Source: Rotaria socialis
Lineage: Eukaryota
Direction of reading: 5' to 3'
Assembly (NCBI GenBank): GCA_905331295.1
Contig: CAJNYD010000480.1
Coordinates: 1-58,926 of the forward strand
DNA: 58,926 nucleotides
Shown here: in pieces, positions 28,101 to 39,384 of the stretch
Layout: the number at the start of each line of letters is the position of its first letter
How positions within the stretch are numbered: the first letter of the stretch is position 1
Program-made: the position numbers and the translations under genes
The notes under the pieces: generated by a model
Seen by the model: only the letters and a program-made list of their open reading frames with translations
Told to the model about the DNA's origin: nothing
Databases searched by the model: none

Positions 28101-31100
28101 GTGAAAAATATAATTTATTTCAGCTGTATGAGTATGCTAGTTTTTATTAATAGTTGAAGTACAGAATGATAATTGCTTTTTGAAACACAATGATCTCATA
28201 ACTTGTGACTGATTTTTCTCAGCTACCAAAGTTTAATTATTAGTCTCGATTATATCGGTAATCACTATAGAAAATCATTTTTTCCTTAGGTGAGACGATA
28301 TTTCCCAAAACCCTATCACAGCTGGCTGCTCATCTGAATTTCCAGAAAATTCGTATTGAAAATTCGTACGGACCTGCCGAGTGCACGATAGCTACGTTTT
28401 ATCATCGAATAACAATGAATAATATTGAAGAAAAGCGGATTCCGATTGGAACACCTTTTCCCAATACAATAATTCAAGTATTAGATGAATTCCACCAACC
28501 AGTAATACCTGGGGCTGAAGGGGAATTGTTTATTGCGGGCCTTCAACGATTTTTGGGCTACTATCGTCACGATGAACTGAACAATCAAGCTCTTTTTAGT
28601 TCTTATTATTACTCGGGAGATCTTGTTCGAATTGATACAAATGGACTCCTTTACTATATAGGCCGAAAAGATCATCAAATCAAGCTAAAAGGGCAACGCA
28701 TTGAGCTTGGCGAAATCGAACGATGCTTACTTGGCGTATCTTCACAAGTGACAGCTTGTATTGTTGTGAAATGGAGGGATAACTATCTTGTGGCCTATGT
28801 CCAAAGTCAGAGTATCGGAGAAGAACAACTCCGTCAACATTGCCATTTTCACCTTCCACCTTATATGGTTCCATCGATCATCATTATACTTGATCAGTTC
28901 CCATTGACTGTTAATGGGAAAATAGATCGCAAGCAACTTCCTTCGCCTGATTTTTCGTCAACAACTCTATCCTGCGAAGTCTCGATGGATGCACCACGCA
29001 ATCATGTAGAGGAAAAAGTCCATGCTTTGTGGTGCCAAGTAATAAAAACTAATATCGTTCATATTCGTATTACAGCTAACTTTTTTACTGTCGGAGGTCA
29101 CTCTCTACTTCTAACAGAGCTCTACTACCGATATCAATCTGCTTTTGGATTCGATAGTCAAACAATTGGTATCACACCATTTCTCAGGCAAGCAACTATT
29201 GTTGAACATGCAAAGATACTTGAAAACATCAAAGTTAATTGTTCCGACTCAACAACATGGTTCCCATTAAATATCAATGAAGGTAATATCTATTTTGAAT
29301 TTGCTACATCAGCATAATTATTGACTGTCATTAAGGTATTGCTTCATTTGCGCAAGAGCGAATCTTCCTTGATGAATGTAAACGCTTCACAAACCGTGTC
29401 GCCGTTTATAATATTGTATCCGTATGGTATGTTGTGTCAGGTGAACTATCACTGGTACGCCTTCAAGAATCTATCCAATCATTGCTGATCAAACATAAAA
29501 TATTAGACACTTCCTTATTTTTCAACAGTAGTAATAGTGAGCTTGTACAGCGCACAAACTTTACACAAGTGCTATTGAATATCGAAAATCCAAAGACCTT
29601 CTTAAATGACGAAGAACTTCACTCAATTATTCGGCGATCAAGTACTGATTCTAATCTTTTCGATTTAGCTAGTGGTCGTGTATTTTATTGTGAACTTCTT
29701 CGAAATCAATCATCAGAAAATAGTAGCAACTCGATTGCTAGATTTATGAGTCCCGGGGATGCATTCCTGTTTGCTTTTCATCATGCTGCAGTTGATCGAA
29801 CCTCCTTGTCATTCTTCTTTGATGACCTTTGTGAGATCTACAACTGCAATACATCAGTGTACACCAATGTGAATGCATTTCAGTACTTAGACTATTCAGT
29901 GCACGAACGAACACTTGATACGAGTTCATCGCAGCAATTTTGGCGGTCCCAAATGAATGATTACGATTGGAATCGTCACATCACATTACCAGCTGATAGG
30001 CACCGTCTATCGACTGACGAACGATTGGGATTAGGCTCTATTGCAGAATTTTCATTTGATAATGAGCTTTCGCAACGCCTTCTGGCATATTGTTCATCTC
30101 ATCAGATGACATTGTTTCAACTTGGTCTTGCCATATTCACTGCTTTTCTATTCAAACTCATCAGTGAACAAACCGAACTGTGTGTCACTTGTCTACATGC
30201 TAATCGATACAAGCAAGAATTGAGCAAGATGATTGGCATGTTTGTCTCCACATTACCCTATCGCATTCCGTTCAATGCTACCGATTCTTTCCAACAACTC
30301 GCAGAAAAAGTGCGAGACCAGTGTCTATCAGTTCTTGAGCATTCACATTATCCACTTCAGCACATTTTGGCTGACTCGCAAAAACAACAATTGTCAAACA
30401 GTTTCCTAGAGACTGCATACGACCTTTTAACTGTGACTTCGGACGATGACAAGTTGAATTTTGATGGAACTGAAGCCAAGCATGTTTCATTATCTGAAGA
30501 ATATGAAGCAACCAAGTTCGATTTCATGTTAATGGGCTTTTACAATCCATCGGCATCACGCAATATAATTTCATTTTCGCTCATCTGTGCAAGTGATCTC
30601 TTCAACCAATCTACCGTTGAAATATTGGCTCGTCGGTTTTCATCAGTTACCAATCAATTGTTTGGGTCAGAATTGTTGTCATCTCCGTCAAAATCGCTCT
30701 ATCAACTATCTATCATGCTACCTGAAGATTTGAAAGCCATCGAAGCTTTGAATTGTAGTAGCCACAATACAAAACAACTTCTCAGCAACAACATTGTCGA
30801 ACGATTCAATCAAAGGGCTTCAATGCATCCACAAAAGATGGCAGTTGAACTCGATAATCAATCTCTCACATATGGCGAACTACTTTATCACGCACAGTAT
30901 CTTGCTCTTCGTCTTCTTGAGAAGTACAATATCAAGCCAGGTTACATTATTTGCCAGTGTATGGAACGCAGTATATCAATGGTAAGTTAATTCAAATGAG
31001 GAGAATTTTTTCATATACAACGTGCACTTTTCATAATTAGGTTATTGGTATTATGGCAATCGAGATGTGTGGAGCAATCTATTGTTCATTATCTCCTGAT

Positions 31101-34100
31101 GATCCACAGGAGCGTCTCCAAAAAATCATTGAAAAAACGCAACCTCATCTTGCACTTTTCCATGCCACAACACTAGATAAAATGAATCTGTTGGATACCA
31201 AAATACAGATCGAGTCGTTTGATAATACCTATGATTTGTCTGGTGGCATCAATCTGGATAGACTCTCAGCTAATATGATTACAGGCGAAAGTATAGCTTA
31301 TGCTATCTTCACAAGTGGTTCAACTGGTACACCAAAAGCAGTTAGTTAAAGCTTTGCCGTCTTAAGATAACATTCTGCTATTTATCCTTTTTAGGTCCGA
31401 ATAAGACATCAGAATTTCATTAGTTGCATCGATTCTCTTGTTAGTATTGGTCTATTCAGTGAAGAAGATATAATAACGCAAATGGCTCAATGCTCATTTG
31501 ATGTTCATACACAAGAAATCATTGGAACTTTGATCATTGGTGCGACTATCATTATGCTGCATCCTCATGGGACCAAAGATCTAGAATATCTTATTAGTGA
31601 ACTAAGACAAAAACAAGTTACGTACATCCAAATGGTACCAGCATTCATAAACTTTCTTATAGATAATTGTCAATATCACGATAACCTGGTATTGCCCACC
31701 ATTCGCACAATTGACATCGGTGGTAAGAGTTGTATTGAAAGATTATTGTGTTTTATATTTCTTTTTTTTGTAAGGAGAAATTGTTTATACATCATTAATT
31801 CGTAAATTACGACCTCTATTTGATAAAAATACTCACGTATACAACTTATACGGACCAGCTGAGACAACAGTAGATTGTACATGCCATTACATAGAGATCG
31901 AAAGCGATGGGCAAACTGTTCCAATCGGACAACCACTTCCACACTGTGAATGTTTTCTTGTTGATCAGTATTTACAGAATGTTATTGTTGACCAAGAAGG
32001 TGAATTGCTTGTTGGTGGTTGCAGTGTCTTTGCCGGTTACCTTGGACGAGAAGACTTAACATCAAAAGCGCTAGTTAACATAGATGGGCAACTTTTTTAT
32101 CGTACAGGGGATCTTGTGCGGCTAAGCAAGAATAGTCTTCTATATTATGTTGGACGAATAGATTACCAAATTAAATTACACGGTCAGCGCATAGAAGTGG
32201 CTGAGATCGAACAATGTGTGATCAAAGCACCAGGTCAAGTACGAGGTTGCGTGGTTATCAAGTACGGTAATCACAATCTAGTGGCGTATGTTGAAGGTAG
32301 TAGTCTCAAAAAAGAGAAATTACGTGGCCATTGTCGTTCTAATCTTCCATCGTTTATGATTCCTTCGGAATTCATTCTTCTCGACCGATTCCCATTGAAT
32401 GCGAATGGAAAAATAGATCGTTCACAATTTCCTACACCAAACTTATCAGTATGTTCAACTGATCCAGCAGAACAGCATCAAGAACCAATCGGGGAACTCG
32501 AAATACTTATCCATAAGCTATGGTGTGAACTTCTAAATTGTTCTCGAATCTCAAGGTACGAGAACATATTCAGTATTGGTGGTCATTCATTACTGCTAAT
32601 GAAACTATATCAACATTATAAGAGATCATTCGAATTCGATTCGCACATTCTCGGAATCGCTCAGTTTTTTCAGCATCCAACTCTGGCTAATCATGCTGGT
32701 CTTATTGAACAAGCAACTAAAAAACAATGTAATGACTTTAATTCTTCATTTAAATCACATAGAAATTCCGGTATAAAATCTATACACTCATAGAGATTAA
32801 ATCTTTTTGAGTATGTTTTATTATAGGAAGCACATTGTCCGCACCAGAGACGCTGGTAACATGCGATGTAAATAGCCGTTACAATCCTTTCCCATTGACC
32901 AATATCCAGCAAGCCTACTTGATTGGACGTATTGGAGTTTTTGAACTTGGCCATGTGTCTTGTTATGGCTATGAAGAATATGATTGCCCAACATTAAATA
33001 TAGAGAGATTTGAAACAGCGCTGAATCAAATTATCCAACGACACGAAGCACTACGACTCATCTTTCCATCGGAAAGTGAACAACAGATCCTTGAACATGT
33101 GCCATATTATAGAATTCATATTGTAGATCTCAGGGATCAATCAGAAGAATATGTATATAACCAGCTTGAAATAGAGAGAAATCGTCTTTCCCATCAAGTC
33201 TTGCCTGCTGAAAAATGGCCATTGTTTAATTTTCAAATTACGCTTTGGGATTACCAACATCTGCGCCTACATGTCGGCTTTGACGCTCTTCTAATGGACT
33301 GGACAGGTTATCATTTGATGTGGTATGAATTATGTCTACTTTATCTAAATAATAATACTATTTTACCGACGCTAAGATTTTCTTTTCGTGACTATATTTT
33401 GGCAGAACAGGAACTTCGCAAATCGTCCAGATACGAAAATGATAAAAAATATTGGTTGAATCGCTTGAAGACATTTCCTTCTGGACCAAATATGCCAATG
33501 AAAACGTTACCGAGTCAAATAGAGAATCAAAAGTTTGCCCGCCTTTCGAAATTTATAGACGTACACAGCTGGAATATGATCAGAGAACGAACGATTGGGC
33601 TCAAACTGTCTCCAACCGGCGTCTTAGCAGCTGTGTATGCAATAATACTGGCAAGATGGAGCCAACAAAATCATTTTTCTTTGAATTTACCTATTTTCAA
33701 CAGAATACCTATGCATCCAGATATTGACAATATTATTGGTGATTTTACGTCCGTTGTTACACTAGAGATCAATTTAGAGAAAAGTGAACAAACAACTTTT
33801 GTTGAACAAGTGCGCACAATTCAGACGCAGTTATGGGAAGACTTTGATCATGCAAGTTTCAGTGGAGTTGCTTTCATCAATGAACTTAAGCGATCTAATC
33901 ATAGTCAAGAAATACTTCTACCAATCGTGCTCACGTGTGTTATAGATGCCACTAGTGATGATCGAAATAAATCTATGTTTCTTGCTGAACATCTTTTTCA
34001 CGATCCACCAATATATGCTATAGCTCAGACACCGCAAGTATTTCTAGATAATCAAATCTATGAAGAAATAGACGGGAGACTAGGAATTGTGTGGGATTAT

Positions 34101-37100
34101 GTTGATGAGTTATTTCCAACAAACATGATAAATGATATGCACAATGCATTTATCGATCTTCTTCATCATCTCGCATCATCGGATGAAAGTTGGCATCAGC
34201 CCTACAAATTTTCTCTTAGTCTCAGTCAGCAAGAACATCGGTTTGCATTTAATTCTACCAAATGGGATACTCGTAGACAGGATACTCTACTTCATGAATT
34301 AATTATCGAACAAGCAGAGCGCACACCTCATGCTTTAGCTGTTCTATCATCACGTAGAACTTTTACTTATCGAGAATTGATGAGCCGTGTCTATTCTATG
34401 GCAAATTATTTACATCAGCAAATGGCGACACATCATCAATTTATCGCAATTCTAATGGAGAAAGGTTGGGAACAAATAGTAGCTTGCTTGGCTATTTTAA
34501 TGTGTGGAGTTGCTTATTTACCACTTGACATTGATTCTCCTGACGACCGAATATCTTGTTTGATCGAAGAAAGTAATGTAAAAATAATTCTTACACAATC
34601 TAATCAACAGCGCAACTTCGACCATTTGTCTTGCATATCAGTGGATACATTTCTGACTGAGGACTGCTATTCTACCACATTTTTCGTAAAAAATCAAAAG
34701 GCAACTGATTTGGCATATGTTATTTACACATCTGGTTCAACTGGAAGACCAAAAGGAGTTATGATTAGTCATGAATCTGTTATCAACACAATTCTTGATA
34801 TCAATTCTCGACTGGATATTAATGACACTGATCGAATATTTGCGTTATCTCATTTGAACTTTGATTTGTCCGTTTATGATATATTTGGAGCCTTGAGTGC
34901 AGGTGCAACTGTTGTCATACCCGATCATCACGATTACAAAAATCCAAGTCATTGGTATGAATTAATTCTTGAACATCGGGTAACAATTTGGAATAGTGTA
35001 CCAATGTTGATGCAAATGCTAGTCGAATTTTTGCATGATAAAAGTAGTAGCAACCAACTGCGACATATTTTATTAAGTGGAGACTGGATACCAATATCCT
35101 TGCCAAAATCAATAAAAACAACATTTGGTAATGACGTCATAATTACAAGCTTAGGTGGCGCTACAGAAGCTTCCATTTGGTCTATAGCTTATACACTACC
35201 TGAAAATATACCAACCGAATGGAAATCAATTCCATATGGAACACCACTACGTAATCAGCATTACTATGTTTATGACTCTGATCTAAGTGATTGTCCTGAA
35301 TGGGTCACTGGTGAATTATATATCGGTGGTATTGGTCTGGCCAAAGGCTATTGGAAAGATGAGAAAAAGACCAATGCTAGTTTCATTACCCACCCTCACA
35401 CTAGTGAACGGCTTTATCGAACTGGAGATTATGGACGTTTCGTTCCAGATGGCTATATTGAATTTATTGGAAGAACCGATTTCCAAGTGAAATTACACGG
35501 ATATCGAATAGAACTAGAAGATATTGAATATAATCTCCAACAGCATCCAGATATTAATCAAGCATTCGTAACTTTCGATAAACAATCACATAATCTAATT
35601 GGTTATGTTTTACCTTACAACCATGCTTCTCAACAACACCACTACAATATATCAGAAAATTTTATCAAGAATTCAAATGAATGTACCGGTTTAAAATCTG
35701 CAAGACATAACTATTTGAATTCAAAAACTTTAAAAAAGAGATTCTACTTGAGAAGACCCGAGCAAACCGAAGAGTTGGTAGATACTTATTTCGCTCGCAA
35801 AAGCTATCGACAGTTTACAAATCAGCCGATTACAATTTTAGAAGTTGAAATGTTATTAAAATCGATTATTCCATTAAATAAACCCACATTTCCATCGTCT
35901 CCAACATTGTGTGACTATGATAGTTTGAGTCGACTTCTGGCTGCTTTAACTAGCTTAATACTTCCTGACCGAACTTTACCAAAGTATCGTTATGCATCCG
36001 CTAGAAGTCTCTATCCTATACAAGTTTTTGTTGAATTCTCTTCAAAGATAGATAATATAGAGCCTGGTTTTTATTATCATAATCCTGATGAACACTCTCT
36101 CGAGAATATAGGTGAAGACAACTATGATTGTTCGTATGATCATCTCAACAATGACAATGGTATTCGATTTCATTTGGTTGGAAGACAATCGGCTAGTCTG
36201 TCTTTATATGTTGAAGAATCAGTCTCAGCATTATGCTTACTAGAAACTGGATATATTTTTGGTTTATTAGAGAAAGCAGCTCTTACCATGGGATGGCACT
36301 TTGAACAAGTATATAGCGTTGATAGAGAAAAGTACTCGCCATTCATAAATTTGCATACAAATGATACACATTCTTGTTTCTCTCTTAACTGTTCAGTTGT
36401 GATGGATGAAGAAACCATGGAGCCAAAACTTAGTGATTTTCCTTCATGTTATCTTTGTTTTCGATCTTCATACAGTCAAAATGTTGATAAAAATCAATGG
36501 TATGTGCTCGAAAATCATACAGCAAAACTAAAAAAACTTTCTTGCTACTCTACGAAACATAATCTCTCGCAACATAAGTCACTTGTTTTAACTGAAACTG
36601 ATGCCATATTTATGAGTTGTCAAGTTGCTTTATTTATTGTTAGTCAAGCGAACCAATATATAGAAGCAGGAAAGATTGGACATTTTTTGATGGATGCAGG
36701 AATTCAAAAGAATGACACGGACAATAATGGTTACAATATTGGAATGTGTCCCATCGAGACTTGTTCTAATTTATGTGATAAATCAGTACTAAATACATTA
36801 GATGAAATTCTTACTTTCAAACCTCATTCCAAGCTATTGCATACAATTTTTATTGGAAAAATAGGTGAAGATCAGAAAAGAGACAAAATAATATCGAGTT
36901 CAAATAAGGAAATACATTTGATACAAATGTTACAAAAATATCTAGCCACCAAGTTACCTTCCTATATGATACCGTCTTTATTTGTCAAATTAAATGAGAT
37001 CCCTATCAGTTCGAACGGAAAAGTTGATAGAAAATGTTTACCAAAGCCAGACTATTCAAAATTACGATATTCTGATACTACTTCTATGATAATTTCTAGT

Positions 37101-39384
37101 CCACTTGAGACACAAATACAATCGATTTTTTCTCGCGTTCTTGGTAAAGAATCTCCAGCCATAAATGTATCGTTCGGTCAACTGGGAGGTACTTCATTAG
37201 ATGCAATAAGAATTGTGTCAATAATTCGAGAAGAAATTCATGAAAACGTTAACATCGGTATTTTGTTGTCGAATCCATCAGTGCACCAATTGGCTGAAGT
37301 CATTAACAGATTACCGGTTAGAAAAGAAGTTTCTGCAGATGCAATGCCAGATCCGTCAGAAGAAAAACGAATTCAACCGAAACCATCCGTGTTAGTTGAA
37401 ACTTGCGGGATTTTGTTTCTCGCATGCCAGTGGTTATTTCCGTTCTGGATGACACATACGCTCCCGAATATGTATTTTCTTCTTTTTGTGCCTATCTTTC
37501 ACCTAATATCATACGTCGCGTTTCGATTGATTCTATTTGGAAACGATCAAATTCAGAATGAAACTGATAATTTATATTCAGGGAGATATTATCGTTGGTG
37601 GTTTTTAGATCGTCTTTGGTCAATCAACAATACATATTGGTTACAGCATCTACTAGGTACACAATTTTACAATTATTATTTGCGACTATGTGGTGCCAAA
37701 ATCAGTTCTCATGCTCATATTTATACAACAGCAATTGATGCTCCATGGTTACTCGAAATTGGGGATTCGACGTACATTGGCAGCGAGACATTATTGTCTG
37801 CTCTGTCATTGTATGATCAATCATATAGACTCCAAAAGATTAGCATTGGATGCAATTGTTCCATTGGCACTCGTTGTGTATTATATGAAGGGGTTAAGAT
37901 GTCAGATGGTGTGTTTATAGAGCCTATGACTTCCATAACCGGTAATATCCTTCCTTCCGCTATTGGTTTATCAATCGAGAGCAGAGCTCTAGCATGGCAT
38001 CACATAATCTATCAATTTATTTGTCTGGTGTGCCTTGGCTATATTCATTTAATTCTTCTGAATGTAACCCTCCTGGTTTATACATCCTATGCACCACTCA
38101 AGATAGCACTGCCTATCTATCTTGCCTTTATTTGGCTTTTTTGGAGCCTTTCTGGCCTTTTCGTAGTTATAGCTTTGCTTAAGTTTGCTGTAGGTTCAAC
38201 AAAACCTGGTCAGTATAGAATAAATTCCTATTACTATTTACATAAATTGTGGCTTCGCCAATTGATTATATCGTCTTTTCAACATTCTATAAAAGTCTTA
38301 CCCGTATATAGTACACTATCAAATTATTTACTTCGGTGGTTAGGCGCTGATATTGAAGATGATGTGAAATTAGTAGAATTGCAACCACTATTGTATTTTC
38401 CATCAAATCTTCTCAAACTTAATCATGGCGTAACAACATTTTCTGCAGTTATGTTCGTTCCGCTAGAGTTGATGCAATCAGGACACTGTTTTCTTGACCA
38501 AATAGTTCTTGGACAGGCAGCGAATCTTGGAAACTATTGTACAATTATGCCGGGTACAAAGCTTCGTGAGAACAAGGTCGTCGGATCTTTGACTTTAATA
38601 AACAAAGATACAAAATACTTTGATACTAGTAAGGTCTTACTAGGTATTCCAGGTCGTTCCGTATCTTTTGCAATCACCAATGATGCACTTTACAGCGACA
38701 ATTCATTATCATTGGAGTCACCTTGTCTTTTCGATCTGTTCGCTGCATGTATGTTTTTCTTTATAGGCAAGAGTATTTTAATTGTTATTTACTGGTTTCT
38801 GGCGGCTCCTACTGCACTTTTTGCTCAAATAACTTTATTCTGTGTACTGCAACGCTATAGAACATTCAATCAAAGGATACTTGGAAAGTTTGCGTATTCA
38901 GAAATAGTCAATCCTATCACATCACTTATCAATAGCATTACAGATGATTTTGATCGTTTTATAGCACCATTCATTTGTCGGACACAATTTCTTGTTTTTC
39001 TATATCGTGCGTTAGGTGCTCGAATTGGTCACGATGTTATTTTATCAGATAGACAATGTCTGACTGATCCTCAGCTTGTGACCATTGGAGATCATGTCCG
39101 TTTCAACACGGGAGCTTGCATTCAGGTAACATTTCATCTCACTATACCATCATAGGAATTATTGTTTATTTTCTTTGAAGTGTCACACATTTGAACAGCG
39201 TGTCTTCAAAGTAGCACCAGTCACAATTCATCATTCAAGTGTTCTCATGAGTGCTTCATTGGTGTTCCCTGGATCAACACTCGATGGACGAAACCGTCTT
39301 TTTCCGCTTACATTGGTATTGAAAAGTGATCGGCTACCTTACAATACTCACTGGTCAGGAGTTCCAGCTCAACAAATACAATAA
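9619..39384 (+). CDS. Multi-exon non-ribosomal peptide synthetase, ~4,848 aa: A*-C-A-T-C-A-T-Cy-A(Ox)-T-Pls-like terminal domain
   Basis: Hand-assembled exons: 9619-10185, 15773-16109, 20142-20738, 21849-22412, 22473-23817, 26072-26111, 26176-26506, 28290-29282, 29336-30981, 31041-31340, 31395-31722, 31775-32770, 32827-39125, 39181-39384. All introns are GT-AG with matching phases; total 14,547 nt. Splicing restores split motifs (YIDYS, CLLFTSGSTGTPKM, GGE, IQCHTFE). The start codon is uncertain because of an in-frame acceptor at 9577. Confidence 0.88.
13832..15006. mobile_element. hAT-type non-autonomous element in NRPS intron 1
   Basis: TIR TAGACCTACGACAG...CTGTCGTAGGTCTA; perfect 8-bp TSD CTCACGAC; ~30-bp subterminal tandem repeats (GAACAGTTC/GAACTGTG). 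Confidence 0.88.
15396..15552. repeat. Palindromic MITE-like hairpin
   Basis: GTCAAA..TGAAACTTGAATTCAATTGAAA is the inverted match of TTTCAATTGAATTCAAGTTTCA..TTTGAC. Confidence 0.6.
15773..16109 (+). CDS. NRPS exon 2: A1 substrate-pocket region
   Basis: Acceptor ttatag, then VECSHRSIVS...SPCSFYFHFEEIIGAL...RRLCSVG; donor gtatgt at 16110. Confidence 0.8.
16537..20083. mobile_element. CACTA/EnSpm-like non-autonomous element filling most of NRPS intron 2
   Basis: TIR CACTGTAAAAAAAA...TTTTTTTTACAGTG, 2-bp TSD CA, and many GGTTTCGTA/TACGAAAC subterminal repeats. Confidence 0.82.
16775..17682. repeat. ~900-bp foldback (long inverted repeat)
   Basis: Arms ~16775-17190 and ~17270-17682; outer portion nearly perfect, inner portion diverged. 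Confidence 0.88.
20142..20738 (+). CDS. NRPS exon 3: C-terminal part of A1 (A5-A7 present, A8-A10 degenerate, no T domain)
   Basis: YNIYGSAEC, GELCINSPGLFAGY, FYKTGDMV; no GRxDxQVK and no GGxS carrier motif before the next C domain. Confidence 0.8.
21849..29282 (+). CDS. NRPS module 2 (C-A-T), exons 4-8
   Basis: C domain: SSAQARIW, KHESLRT, HHSLFD, IGMFVNAIP. A domain: FTSGSTGTPK, SFDIHV, NSYGPAE, YYSGDL, GRKDHQIKLKGQRIELGEIE, PLTVNGKIDR. T domain: NFFTVGGHSL. Confidence 0.9.
24090..24491. mobile_element. Probable MITE in NRPS intron 5
   Basis: Imperfect TIR CAAGGGGAAAAAATGATTT / AAATCAGTTTTCTCCTTG; internal GAAATCA repeats. Confidence 0.5.
24911..25511. mobile_element. CACT-terminated MITE in NRPS intron 5
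   Basis: CACT...AAATGTGTCGCAT / ATGCGACACATTT...AGTG, TA flanks, and TGTCGC/GCGACA subterminal repeats. Confidence 0.68.
29336..32770 (+). CDS. NRPS module 3 (C-A-T), exons 9-12
   Basis: C domain: SFAQERIF, HHAAVD, IGMFVSTLP. A domain: YAIFTSGSTGTPK, SFDVHT, NLYGPAET, YRTGDL, PLNANGKIDR. T domain: NIFSIGGHSL. Confidence 0.9.
32827..37320 (+). CDS. NRPS module 4: heterocyclization (Cy) domain, Cys-specific A domain with embedded FMN oxidase (Ox), and T domain
   Basis: Cy: FPLTNIQQAYLIGR, DALLMD (DxxxxD), IGDFTS, QTPQVFLD, WDYVDELFP. A: YVIYTSGSTGRPKG, FDLSVYD, TIWNSVP, LLSGDW, SLGGATEASIWS. Ox: RKSYRQF, KYRYASARSLYPIQ, PGFYYHNP. A10: SSNGKVDR. T: LGGTSL. Confidence 0.92.
37380..39384 (+). 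CDS. NRPS C-terminal Pls/PosA-like membrane domain (three repeats of hydrophobic helices plus hexapeptide/beta-helix-like segments)
   Basis: Three repeats YLRLCGAKIS / LLRWLGADIE / LYRALGARIG, each after hydrophobic stretches. The end QCHTFEQRVFK...VTI...LVLKSDRLPYNTHWSGVPA resembles the C-terminus of the Pls-type NRPS terminal domain. Confidence 0.82.

Noticed and set aside
9541..32793. NRPS pseudogene fragments or several separate genes
   Set aside because: Every ORF break coincides with a phase-compatible intron; no frameshift or stop is needed.
32827..39125. Bacterial contamination explaining the intronless NRPS segment
   Set aside because: It is flanked by 56-bp and 55-bp GT-AG introns that restore the frame, and it is contiguous with intron-rich eukaryotic genes.
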